This document shows, in pieces, positions 16,915 through 25,723 of a DNA stretch of 34,522 nucleotides. Below the pieces are notes generated by a model. It saw only the letters and a program-made list of their open reading frames with translations. It did not search any database and was not told the DNA's origin. Position 1 is the first letter of the stretch. Every line of letters starts with the position of its first letter. The position numbers were made by a program, and so were the translations under genes. Source of the stretch: Fidelibacterota bacterium (GTDB lineage: Bacteria > Fidelibacterota > Fidelibacteria > Fidelibacterales > Fidelibacteraceae); NCBI GenBank assembly GCA_016937825.1, contig JAFGVT010000141.1, positions 1 to 34,522 of the forward strand, in the 5' to 3' direction.

Positions 16915-18813
16915 ATGTCTAAAAACCTTATATGGCGTTATCTCATTATAGCTGTGGTCCTGGGTTGGGCGATCTATTCCCTGATACCCACATTACAGTA
17001 TGAGCGCTTAAGCGACAAAGAAAAAACGGCACTGGAAGAAGAAGGGAAGCTGGTCGACCTGGAATCCAGGATCATTAAACGCGGCCTGGACCTTCAGGGC
17101 GGTATGCATCTGATCCTTGAGGTCAATGTCCCGCAATTCGTCAGAAAGATCGCGGACCATCAGTCCAGAGCCTATTACGATTACATGGAAAAGGTGGACG
17201 CGCTCTACGCCCGGGATCCGGAAGAGGATTATCTTGACATGATGCTGGAGACCGCCAACGCCGACAGTCTGCGTTTAAGCCGTTACTTCCCCTCGGAAGA
17301 CCGCAAGACCGACAACCGGTCTGTAGTGGAGAATCTCCGGAAAGAATGCGAACAGGCAGTCGTTCGCGCCGAAGAGATCATCCGGAACCGCATCGACCAG
17401 TTCGGCGTCGCCGAACCGGTGATCCAGCTGGTCGGGAACAAGCGCATCATCGTCGAACTGGCAGGCATTGACGACCCGCAGCGCGCGAAAGACATCATTC
17501 ACAATACCGCACTGCTTGAATTTGTGCTGCTGAAAGATGCCGACTATACCCAGGATATCATCAACCGCATCGATGCCGCCGTCAAACGGATCACTCCGGG
17601 CGACATCAGCGCCCTTGACACCGCAGTGGTTTCCAATAAAAAAAGCTCGGACAAAGAGATCTCCGTGAGCGAACTGCTCGGACTTGAAGAAGACGGGACC
17701 GCCAGCGATTCTTCCGTCCTTGTGGACGAGAACCTTGCGCTTGACAAGCCCTTCAGCGCGCTGCTGCGGAACCTGGGCTGGGACATCGGCGTCCCCGCCG
17801 AGAATTACTACGCCGTAAACAAGATCCTGAACGACCCCGAGGTCGTCCGCATCCTGCCGAACGACCTGAGGATCCTTTTCTCAGGCAAAACACAGTCAAT
17901 GCAGACCACCGAAGGCAAGTCGGTCGCGTTCTACACGCTTTATTTTGTGAACCGTGAAGCCGGTCTGACCGGTGAAGTGGTCAAGGAAGCCAAAGCCGAG
18001 CTGGGAAGCGTCTCCAGCGAGAAAATGGGGCAACCGATCGTCAACGTCCGCATGGATGCCGAGGGCACCAAGACCTGGGCGCGTCTGACGGGCGCCAATG
18101 TGGACAAACGCCTTGCCATCGTCCTTGACAACAAGGTGCAAATGGCCCCGCGGATCGAGAACAAAATCCCGAACGGCCGCACCCTGATCGAAGGGTTCGC
18201 AAACCTTCAGGAAGCCCAGGATATCGAGATCGTCCTGAAAGCCGGCGCCCTCCCCGCGCCCATTGACATCATCGAAGAGCGCACCGTGGGCGCTTCCCTC
18301 GGCGCCGATTCCGTTCAGCGCGGCGTAAAGAGCGCCCTGATCGGCCTGTCCCTTGTCGCTCTGTTCATTATTATCTACTATCAGGGAGCCGGCATCATCG
18401 CCATTGTCACCCTGATCCTGAATATTTTCTTTGTGTTGTCCATTCTTGCCTCCCTGCGGGCGACCCTGACGCTTCCCGGTATTGCGGGACTTGTGCTGAC
18501 CATGGGAATGGCGGTGGATGCCAATGTGCTTATTTTTGAGCGCATCCGTGAGGAATACCTGAAAGGCAAGACCGTGCGTTCCTCCGTTGAGAACGGCTAC
18601 TCGCGGGCCCTGATCACGATCATGGATGCCAACCTGACCACCCTGATCACGGCCCTGGTGCTGTGGCAGTACGGTTCGGGCCCCATCCGCGGATTTGCCG
18701 TCGTTCTGTTCTGGGGTATCATCTTCAACTTTGTTTCCGGATACTTCATTTCACGCACGATCTTCGTATCGTTCACGCACGGCAAAAAACCCTTAAATAA
18801 GCTCAGCATATAG
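16915..18813 (+). CDS. secD: protein translocase subunit SecD
   Basis: The ORF is open from 16879. The ATG at 16915 sits 11 nt after GGAGG and gives the typical N-terminus MSKNLIWRYLIIAVVLGWAIYSL. Motifs include LDLQGG, a large periplasmic domain, and a C-terminal 6-TM block with LPGIAGLVLTMGMAVDANVLIFERIREE. Confidence 0.92.
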   Translation: MSKNLIWRYLIIAVVLGWAIYSLIPTLQYERLSDKEKTALEEEGKLVDLESRIIKRGLDLQGGMHLILEVNVPQFVRKIADHQSRAYYDYMEKVDALYARDPEEDYLDMMLETANADSLRLSRYFPSEDRKTDNRSVVENLRKECEQAVVRAEEIIRNRIDQFGVAEPVIQLVGNKRIIVELAGIDDPQRAKDIIHNTALLEFVLLKDADYTQDIINRIDAAVKRITPGDISALDTAVVSNKKSSDKEISVSELLGLEEDGTASDSSVLVDENLALDKPFSALLRNLGWDIGVPAENYYAVNKILNDPEVVRILPNDLRILFSGKTQSMQTTEGKSVAFYTLYFVNREAGLTGEVVKEAKAELGSVSSEKMGQPIVNVRMDAEGTKTWARLTGANVDKRLAIVLDNKVQMAPRIENKIPNGRTLIEGFANLQEAQDIEIVLKAGALPAPIDIIEERTVGASLGADSVQRGVKSALIGLSLVALFIIIYYQGAGIIAIVTLILNIFFVLSILASLRATLTLPGIAGLVLTMGMAVDANVLIFERIREEYLKGKTVRSSVENGYSRALITIMDANLTTLITALVLWQYGSGPIRGFAVVLFWGIIFNFVSGYFISRTIFVSFTHGKKPLNKLSI

Positions 18814-18819
18814 GAGGTT

Positions 18820-19713
18820 ATGGTGCTACAAATCTTCAAGAAAGCGAATTACAATATTGTCGATAAACGCCGTCTTGCGTTTATTGTCTCGGTCGTGGTC
18901 ATTCTCGCGGGCGTCGTTTCTCTCTTTTTGCAGGGACTCAATTTCGGCATCGATTTTGAGGGCGGCGCGAAAATGCAGATCAAATTCAACACGCCCGTCA
19001 CCGCAGAAGAACTCCGGGCCAAGTTCACCGTAACGGACTTCGGCATTCCCGAGATCAAGAGCAGCGGCGTGAACGAATACATGATCACGATCAATGCAAG
19101 TGAATCCGTGGATACCGATGAGGTGCTGAAATCGGTTCTCGGGACGATGGATTACACCCTGCTTCAGGTCGATAAGATCGGCCCGAAGATCGGACATGAA
19201 ATGCGCAGCAATTCCTTCAAAGCCATCCTGATCGCGCTGATCCTGGTGCTGATCTACATTACCGTCCGCTTCGAGTTCAAATTTGCGGTCGGCGCCGTGA
19301 TCGCTCTGGCGCACGACGTCCTGGTCACCTTTGCCTTTTTCTCCTTCTTCCAATGGGAAATTTCCATGCCGGTGCTCGCGGCCTTCCTGACCATCGTGGG
19401 CTATTCCCTGAACGATACGATCGTGGTCTACGACCGGATCCGGGAAAACATCAAGGTTCACAAAGGCAAACCCTTGAAGGACGTGATCAATCTGAGCATC
19501 AATCAATCCCTGTCCCGTACGGTCATTACCTCCCTGACCACCTTCATGGTCGTCCTGATCCTCGCGATCTTCGGCGGACAGGTATTGTTCGGCTTCTCGA
19601 TCGCCATGGTCGTCGGCGTGATCGTCGGAACCTATTCCTCGATGTTCGTCGCCGCCCCCATCCTGATCGCCTGGGAACACAAGTTCAAGGAAAAAGAAGA
19701 AAAGAAAGCCTGA
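18820..19713 (+). CDS. secF: protein translocase subunit SecF
   Basis: 297 aa. AGGAGG SD, GIDFEGG, LAHDVLVT, GYSLNDTIVVYDRIREN and SLSRTVITS. Confidence 0.93.
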   Translation: MVLQIFKKANYNIVDKRRLAFIVSVVVILAGVVSLFLQGLNFGIDFEGGAKMQIKFNTPVTAEELRAKFTVTDFGIPEIKSSGVNEYMITINASESVDTDEVLKSVLGTMDYTLLQVDKIGPKIGHEMRSNSFKAILIALILVLIYITVRFEFKFAVGAVIALAHDVLVTFAFFSFFQWEISMPVLAAFLTIVGYSLNDTIVVYDRIRENIKVHKGKPLKDVINLSINQSLSRTVITSLTTFMVVLILAIFGGQVLFGFSIAMVVGVIVGTYSSMFVAAPILIAWEHKFKEKEEKKA

Positions 19714-19751
19714 CACGTTCCGGCCGGGATACCTGCCGGAACCCGTGTTTT
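19713..19751 (+). terminator. hairpin/terminator immediately after secF
   Basis: ACACG-TTCCGGC / loop CGGGATACCT / GCCGGAA-(CC bulge)-CGTGT, followed by TTT. Confidence 0.55.
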
Positions 19752-19756
19752 CATAT

Positions 19757-19786
19757 AAACCCGGCTGAAAATGCCGGGTTTGTTCT
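19757..19786 (+). terminator. second rho-independent terminator after secF
   Basis: AAACCCGGC - TGAAAAT - GCCGGGTTT: a perfect 9-bp stem followed by GTTCT. Confidence 0.6.
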
Positions 19787-19805
19787 ATAAAGAAACCGAG
19801 GGACT

Positions 19806-20555
19806 ATGAATACGCCGGTTCTCCTGGAAGTCAAGCATCTGCACTTTTCATTCGACGGAAAACATCCCGTCCTGACGAACATTTCCCTGCCCGTTCTTGA
19901 CCGCGATTATCTCGTGATCATGGGTCCGAACGGCGGCGGAAAGACCACGCTGCTGAAGTGCATGCTCGGGCTTTTGAAACCGGATCACGGAACGATCCGC
20001 TACCACGGCATGAGCACCCGGGATTTCGGCTACGTTCCCCAGTTCACCACCTTTGACAAACAAATGCCGATCCGTGTGCATGAATTCATTGAAAGCGGGC
20101 TCATCGCTTCCTATCATCCCTTCAAGAACCGCATTCTTGACAAAGACGGTCTGGTTGAAAAACAGCTGGAAGAATTTTCCCTGACCCCGATAGCGTATGC
20201 CGCGATCAGCGAGATATCGGGCGGACAGCTTCAGCGGGTCCTGCTGGCCCGGGCGCTCATTCAGAACCCCAAAATCCTCTTTCTCGACGAACCCACGACC
20301 TTCATCGACCCGGAATCGCGCGGGAATCTTTCCCTCATCCTGCAGAAACTGAATAAGACCCTTGCCATCGTCATGATCACCCATGACACTTCGGCCATTG
20401 ACGACCATGTCAAGAACATCGCCTGCATCAATCAGAACCTGTATTATCACGGCAAGGATGAACCCCTCGAATCTTCCCTGGTCAAGGTCTATGGCTGTCC
20501 GATCGAACTTATCGGCCACGGCATGCCGCACCGCGTCCTGAAGGAGCACGAATGA
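19806..20555 (+). CDS. ABC transporter ATP-binding protein, metal (Zn/Mn, ZnuC-like) type
   Basis: 249 aa. Walker A GPNGGGKTT, signature ISGGQLQRV, Walker B ILFLDEPT and H-loop ITHD. The short C-terminus and the ABC-3 permease partner point to a metal-chelate type. Confidence 0.85.
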   Translation: MNTPVLLEVKHLHFSFDGKHPVLTNISLPVLDRDYLVIMGPNGGGKTTLLKCMLGLLKPDHGTIRYHGMSTRDFGYVPQFTTFDKQMPIRVHEFIESGLIASYHPFKNRILDKDGLVEKQLEEFSLTPIAYAAISEISGGQLQRVLLARALIQNPKILFLDEPTTFIDPESRGNLSLILQKLNKTLAIVMITHDTSAIDDHVKNIACINQNLYYHGKDEPLESSLVKVYGCPIELIGHGMPHRVLKEHE

Positions 20556-21361
20556 GCATCCTGAACTATGAATTCGTCAGAAACGCACTCTGGGCAGGCT
20601 TGCTGCTGAGCATAACGTCCGGGATCATCGGCTCCCTGATCGTGGTCAAACGCGACACCTTCCTGATCGGCGGTATCAGCCACGCTTCATTCGGGGGGCT
20701 CGGTCTATTCTATTTTCTTGGACTTAACCCCATTCTGGGCGCGTTTACCGTTTCGGTCCTCTCCGGAAGCGTGATCGGACTTACCCCGGAACGAAAACTT
20801 CATACGCACAACGCGCTGATCGGCGTTCTGTGGGCCTTCGGGATGTCCATCGGGATCATTTTCATCACCCTTACTCCCGGTTTTGCTCCCAACCTGCTGA
20901 CCTATCTTTTCGGCGACATCCTGACGGTGCGTAGCGCCGACATTCTGAACATCCTGATCTATAATATTGTCCTGCTCATCACCGTATTTCTGTTTTACAA
21001 GCCCTTGATCGTTTTTCTGTTCGACAAGGAGTTCGCCGCATTGCACGGGATCAGGGTGAACCTTTACCGGTATTTCTTCTATCTTTTCATTTCCGTTGCG
21101 ATCGTGCTCATGATCCGGAGCGTCGGCATTATCCTGGTTCTCGCTCTTTTCACCATCCCTCCCCTGATCGCGCTTCCCTTCGCCAAACGGCTTCCCGTGA
21201 TCATGCTGTATTCCGTGATCGTTTGTCTGGTCATTTTCATGGGCGGTTTTTTTATCGCCTATTATACCAACCTCCCGACAGGTCCCGTCATCATCATGAC
21301 AGGCACGCTGCTGATGCTGATCGTCAGAACCCTATGCCATTTCACACAAAAGAATTCCTGA
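20552..21361 (+). CDS. metal ABC transporter permease (ABC-3/ZnuB-like)
   Basis: 269 aa and polytopic. The YLFGDILTV motif is typical of the ABC-3 family. The ATGA overlaps the ATPase stop. Confidence 0.85.
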   Translation: MSILNYEFVRNALWAGLLLSITSGIIGSLIVVKRDTFLIGGISHASFGGLGLFYFLGLNPILGAFTVSVLSGSVIGLTPERKLHTHNALIGVLWAFGMSIGIIFITLTPGFAPNLLTYLFGDILTVRSADILNILIYNIVLLITVFLFYKPLIVFLFDKEFAALHGIRVNLYRYFFYLFISVAIVLMIRSVGIILVLALFTIPPLIALPFAKRLPVIMLYSVIVCLVIFMGGFFIAYYTNLPTGPVIIMTGTLLMLIVRTLCHFTQKNS

Positions 21362-22608
21362 AAACCGTCTATCTGAAGAGTCTGGTCGACGTGCATCCGG
21401 ATGCGCTCTTTTCCGCTTACCTGCATCTTTATGACCGGGAGCTCTATTACCGGAACACGCTAATCCCTCTCGGCTCGCGCGGCAGACTGGTACTTGCCGG
21501 CTCCGGGAAAGCGGCCCTCACGATGGCCAAAGCCCTCACCCGGTATTTGCCCCGCCCTCCCGACGAAACGCTCCTCATCGCGCCCGCAGGAGGCAATGAG
21601 GACATGCAGGGCGTTTATCCGGGCGACCATCCCGTGCCCGCAGAGAACAGCCTTGCCTCGGGACAAAAGATGCTCGAACTCCTGGATTCGCTGAACGAAC
21701 ACGACGTCCTGCTCTACCTGCTGTCCGGCGGTTCTTCTTCCCTCTTCGAAGTTCCGGCAGAAGGACTGACGATCGAAGACATTCAGGCAGCCACGCGCGT
21801 ATTTTTAAGCGCCGGACTCCCGATCCGGGAGATAAATTTTCTTCGTGCAAGGCTTTCTCAGGTAAAAGCCGGCCGCCTCGCGGCCCGCTGCAAGGCAAAC
21901 TGTCATGTTTTCGTCTTGTCCGACGTCATGGGGAACGATCTTTCCGTGATCGCTTCGGGCCCCTTTACCACCCTTGATCCCCATGCAATGAACCTGGAAG
22001 GGCTGATCCGGGACTACGCGCTGGACCGGCGGCTTCCGGAGCATCTCCTGCATCTGCTGCGGACCAATCCGCCGCCGCAGGCGGCCGCCACCGTTCCTCA
22101 CTATCTGATCGGAAGCAATATGGAATTTCTGGGCGCGGCGGAAAAGCATCTTGAAGCGGAAGGTATTCACACCCTCAGTTATCCGGAAAGCCTGTACGGG
22201 GAAGCCCGGGACTCTGCAGGGATGATCGCCGCCATGATCCGGAATTACCGGGGCCCGAAACCCGCATGCCTGCTGTTCGGGGGTGAAACGACCGTAACCC
22301 TCAGCGGGGATCACGGAGAGGGCGGCCGTTCGCAGGAACTCGCTCTGGCAGCGGTAAGCCTTTTGAAAGATCTTCCCGGAACGTGCCTGCTTGCCGCCGG
22401 ATCGGACGGGATCGACGGGACCGGCGAGGCCGCCGGTGCGGTCGTGGATTCCGGAACATACGGATTAGCGCTTTCTCTCGGGCTGTCGCCGGAGCCTTAT
22501 CTTGTCCGGCACGATTCCGCAGCGTTTCACCGGCGGTGCGGGACAGGGATCGTGACCGGACCTAGCGGAACGAACCTGGGCGACCTTGTCATGGCGATGA
22601 CGGGCTGA
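21334..22608 (+). CDS. glycerate 2-kinase / hydroxypyruvate reductase-like protein (DUF4147 + MOFRL)
   Basis: VLAGSGKAALTMAKAL, LLSGGSSSLF, FGGETTVTL..GEGGRSQELALA and AGSDGIDG. The ORF is open from 21223, but that extension lies inside the permease gene and is Arg/His-rich. The ATG at 21334 gives a normal N-terminus and a 28-nt overlap. Confidence 0.8.
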   Translation: MPFHTKEFLKTVYLKSLVDVHPDALFSAYLHLYDRELYYRNTLIPLGSRGRLVLAGSGKAALTMAKALTRYLPRPPDETLLIAPAGGNEDMQGVYPGDHPVPAENSLASGQKMLELLDSLNEHDVLLYLLSGGSSSLFEVPAEGLTIEDIQAATRVFLSAGLPIREINFLRARLSQVKAGRLAARCKANCHVFVLSDVMGNDLSVIASGPFTTLDPHAMNLEGLIRDYALDRRLPEHLLHLLRTNPPPQAAATVPHYLIGSNMEFLGAAEKHLEAEGIHTLSYPESLYGEARDSAGMIAAMIRNYRGPKPACLLFGGETTVTLSGDHGEGGRSQELALAAVSLLKDLPGTCLLAAGSDGIDGTGEAAGAVVDSGTYGLALSLGLSPEPYLVRHDSAAFHRRCGTGIVTGPSGTNLGDLVMAMTG

Positions 22609-22643
22609 TACTTTTTGAGATGAGAAATCAGACCGCTGTTCTT

Positions 22644-22674
22644 TTGACGTAAACACACAAAATTGACGTAAACG
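22644..22674. repeat. two exact copies of TTGACGTAAAC, 20 bp apart
   Basis: Copies at 22644-22654 and 22664-22674, read directly. They lie in the convergent gap between the glycerate kinase and hydA. Confidence 0.85.
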
Positions 22675-22675
22675 T

Positions 22676-22702
22676 AAAAAGGCCGGAATTTCCGGCCTTT
22701 TT
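22676..22702. terminator. bidirectional rho-independent terminator
   Basis: AAAAA-GGCCGG-AATTT-CCGGCC-TTTTT. It sits between the convergent 3' ends at 22608 (+) and 22722 (-). Confidence 0.75.
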
Positions 22703-22721
22703 CTCTCTGTATCTTAATGAA

Positions 22722-24512
22722 TTATACGCGTTCGCGGCGCGTATATTTCGTGTGAAGCAGATGATGCGACACCTCTCCCAGCGGAGTCCCGAGGAATTCC
22801 TTATACAGCTGAATGACTTCCGGGTTCTCATGTGATTTGCGGATCTTCATTTTTTCATCTTCCGTATAGATCGCCTGGGCGCGTTTTTTCCGGATCTCCT
22901 CATTGGTCGGGATGGGCTGGCCGCCGCCGCCGATACATCCGCCGGGACATGCCATGATCTCGATGAAATGATAGGGCGATTCCCCTATCGACACGTCTTC
23001 CATGATCTTCGTGGCATTGGTCAGGCCGTGGGCTACGGCCACGCGAAGTTCGATCCCTTCGAGGAAGCTCCATTCCGGGAGCACGTTCTCGAGCTTGATC
23101 TTGGCGTCGCGAATGCCTTCCATGCCGCGGACCGGGGTAATGTTCAGTCCGTCGAAGGGGACTTCCCGTCCGGTGACGATTTCATAGGCGGTGCGCAGGG
23201 CCGCTTCCATCACGCCTCCCGTGGCTCCGAAGATCACGGCGGCGCCGGTGGATTCGCCCATAAAGGGATCGAATTTGCCGTTCGGCAATTCCTTGAAATT
23301 CATGCCGGACTGACGGATCATGTGGCCCAGTTCCCGCGTCGTGCAGACATAATCGATATCCTGAAGACCGCTGTCATTCATCTCCAGGCGGTTGGCTTCA
23401 TATTTTTTCGCCGAGCAGGGCATGACGGAAACGCTGACGATATTTTTGGGATCAATGCCTTTTTTGTCGGCATAGTAGGTTTTTGCCAGGGCCCCGAACA
23501 TCTGCTGAGGCGACTTGCAGGTCGAAAGGTTTCCCAGATAGTCCGGGTACATATGTTCAATGAACTTGATCCAACCGGGTGAACAGGAGGTCATCATGGG
23601 AAGAGGAATGTCTTCCTTGTCAACCAGCTTCCGTTTCAGGCGGTCCAGCAATTCATGTCCTTCTTCAATAATGGTCAGATCCGCGCTGAAGTCCGTATCG
23701 AGGACCGAATCGAATCCCAGGCGTTTTAACGCGGTTGCCATTTTGCCGGTGACGCGCACGCCCGGTTCGTATCCGAGCATTTCGCCCAGAGCCACACGGA
23801 CGGCGGGCGCCGTTTGCACCACAACGTGCTTGTTCGGGTCGCCGATCGCTTCCCAGATCTCATCGATGTAGCGGCGTTCGGTCAGAGCGCCTGTAGGACA
23901 GCGGTTGATGCACTGTCCGCAGTTGGTGCAGACCACATCGCTCATCACGGTATCGAAGAAGGTCGCGATCTTCATGTCCGCCCCCTTGAAGATCACGTCG
24001 AGCGCGTTGACCTTCTGCAGTTCGGCACAGGTCCGGACGCAGCGCTGGCAGCGGATGCACTTGCTCTCGTCTTTTTCGATCGCCCAGGAGGAGCGGTCCA
24101 CCGTGAAGGACTTATTTTTCAGGAGATTGATGTAGATCTCGTTGTCGATATTGTATTCCGAAGCCAGTTCCTGCAGTTCGCAATTGGTCGAGCGGTAGCA
24201 GGTGGTGCACTGCGTGGAATGCTCCGAGACAAGCAGGGCCAGAATATCGCGGCGGGCGCGGCGCACTTTCGGGGAATTGGTGTAGACGACCATTCCGTCC
24301 ATGACCGGCGTTGCGCAGGAGGCGGGCAGAGAGCGCCAGCCTTCGACTTCCACCACGCACACGCGGCAGTTACCCGCAATGCACAGGTCCTCGTGGAAAC
24401 AAAGCGTCGGGATCTTGACATTCTCGATTTTCGCCGCTTCCAGGAGGGTGATCCCGTCGGGAACGGAGACTTCTTTACCGTCAATCTTTATATTGATCAT
24501 TTTTTCTGACAT
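22722..24512 (-). CDS. hydA: [FeFe]-hydrogenase catalytic subunit (HydA, multidomain group-A architecture)
   Basis: 596 aa. N-terminal [2Fe-2S] (CFHEDLCIAGNCRVC), a His-ligated cluster (HSTQCTTCYRSTNC), 2x[4Fe-4S] (CIRCQRCVRTC, CTNCGQCINRCP), H-cluster motifs L2 VMPCSAKKYE and L3 EIMACPGGCIGGGGQP, and a small-subunit-like C-terminal tail. L1 reads TSCSPGW (see findings). Confidence 0.93.
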   Translation of the reverse strand: MSEKMINIKIDGKEVSVPDGITLLEAAKIENVKIPTLCFHEDLCIAGNCRVCVVEVEGWRSLPASCATPVMDGMVVYTNSPKVRRARRDILALLVSEHSTQCTTCYRSTNCELQELASEYNIDNEIYINLLKNKSFTVDRSSWAIEKDESKCIRCQRCVRTCAELQKVNALDVIFKGADMKIATFFDTVMSDVVCTNCGQCINRCPTGALTERRYIDEIWEAIGDPNKHVVVQTAPAVRVALGEMLGYEPGVRVTGKMATALKRLGFDSVLDTDFSADLTIIEEGHELLDRLKRKLVDKEDIPLPMMTSCSPGWIKFIEHMYPDYLGNLSTCKSPQQMFGALAKTYYADKKGIDPKNIVSVSVMPCSAKKYEANRLEMNDSGLQDIDYVCTTRELGHMIRQSGMNFKELPNGKFDPFMGESTGAAVIFGATGGVMEAALRTAYEIVTGREVPFDGLNITPVRGMEGIRDAKIKLENVLPEWSFLEGIELRVAVAHGLTNATKIMEDVSIGESPYHFIEIMACPGGCIGGGGQPIPTNEEIRKKRAQAIYTEDEKMKIRKSHENPEVIQLYKEFLGTPLGEVSHHLLHTKYTRRERV

Positions 24513-24525
24513 GGTTTACCTCGTA

Positions 24526-25707
24526 TTAATAGATCATTTCTTCTCTGAAGTTCTCAACGATCGATGAGAATGAATTACCGACCGACTGTCCCAGTCCGCA
24601 TTTCGCCGTGATCTTCATCGTATCGGCAAGGCGCAGGAGGTCGTTCAGGTATTTCTGGCTCTTTTCGCCGCGTTTTACGGCTTCGATGCCTTTCAGCAGC
24701 TGCTGGCAGCCGACCCGGCAGGGCGTGCACTGTCCGCAGGATTCTTCTTCAAAGAATTCCAGGTAATTGTGAAGCACATTATACATGGAACGCGAGCTGT
24801 TGAAGATCATCATGGAGCCGCCGGTCGGCAGAGAGAATCCTGTCAAGCCGCCCTGGTAGCCGATATGGGTCTCGGCAAAGCGTTTCCGCGGCACGCAGAA
24901 ACCGGAGGCGCCGCCGACCTGGACCGCTTTCGCATCCCCGTCGCCGAATTCCTTCACGAATTCATCCAGCGTCATGCCGAGCTCAAGCTCGTAGATCCCC
25001 GCTTTGGGGGTGTCGCCGGATACCGAGAACAGTTTGGATCCGCTTGAGCCTTCGATCCCCATGGCTTTGAATTCCTCGGCGCCGATCCGCAGGATCATCA
25101 TCGTGTAGACAAAGGTTTCCACATTGTTCACGACCGTCGGCTTGCCGAGATAGCCTTCGTTGGTGGGATACGGCGGCTTGTTGCGCGGTTCTCCGCGCTT
25201 TCCTTCCATGGATTCGATGAGGGAGGTTTCCTCTCCGCAGACGTAGGCGCCGGCTCCGATGAAGAGCTTAACGTTGAAGTCCAGGTTCAGTTCTTCCATC
25301 CATTTGTGAAAGGTGTCCAGCACCTTCTCCAGCTTGGGGATCAGGAAGCGGTATTCATGACGGAGATAAACAAACCCCTCGCGGGCGCCGGTCACATAGG
25401 CGCACAGCGCCATGCCGCCCAGCACTTTCAGCGGTTCGCGGTCGAGAATTTCACGATCCTTGAATGTTCCGGGTTCGCCTTCGTCGGCATTGCATATGAC
25501 GTATTTCTTATTGCTTTTCTCATTCGCGGCCATCTTCCATTTCAGTCCTGTGGGGAATCCCGCCCCGCCGCGTCCCTTTAAGCCCGAGGCGATCAGCGTC
25601 TGTATGATCTCCTCCCTCGGTTTCTGAAGCCCTGCGGCGAGAATGTCGCGGCAGCTGCAATCCTTACTGAAAATAAGGTCAACACGTTTTAATTTTCTTT
25701 TAGCCAT
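24526..25707 (-). CDS. hydB: NuoF-like flavoprotein subunit of the hydrogenase (HydB), minimal form
   Basis: 393 aa. NADH site GRGGAGFPTGLKW, FMN site YVICNADEGEPGTFKDR, and a single [4Fe-4S] motif ESCGQCTPCR...AKCGLG. It lies 13 nt upstream of hydA. Confidence 0.9.
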   Translation of the reverse strand: MAKRKLKRVDLIFSKDCSCRDILAAGLQKPREEIIQTLIASGLKGRGGAGFPTGLKWKMAANEKSNKKYVICNADEGEPGTFKDREILDREPLKVLGGMALCAYVTGAREGFVYLRHEYRFLIPKLEKVLDTFHKWMEELNLDFNVKLFIGAGAYVCGEETSLIESMEGKRGEPRNKPPYPTNEGYLGKPTVVNNVETFVYTMMILRIGAEEFKAMGIEGSSGSKLFSVSGDTPKAGIYELELGMTLDEFVKEFGDGDAKAVQVGGASGFCVPRKRFAETHIGYQGGLTGFSLPTGGSMMIFNSSRSMYNVLHNYLEFFEEESCGQCTPCRVGCQQLLKGIEAVKRGEKSQKYLNDLLRLADTMKITAKCGLGQSVGNSFSSIVENFREEMIY

Positions 25708-25723
25708 GTTATTTAACCTTTAT

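Noticed and set aside
21223-21333. An N-terminal extension of the glycerate kinase ORF (37 extra residues, MSGHFHGRFF…).
   Set aside because: The extension lies wholly inside the permease gene in another frame and is Arg/His-rich. The ATG at 21334 gives a family-typical N-terminus.
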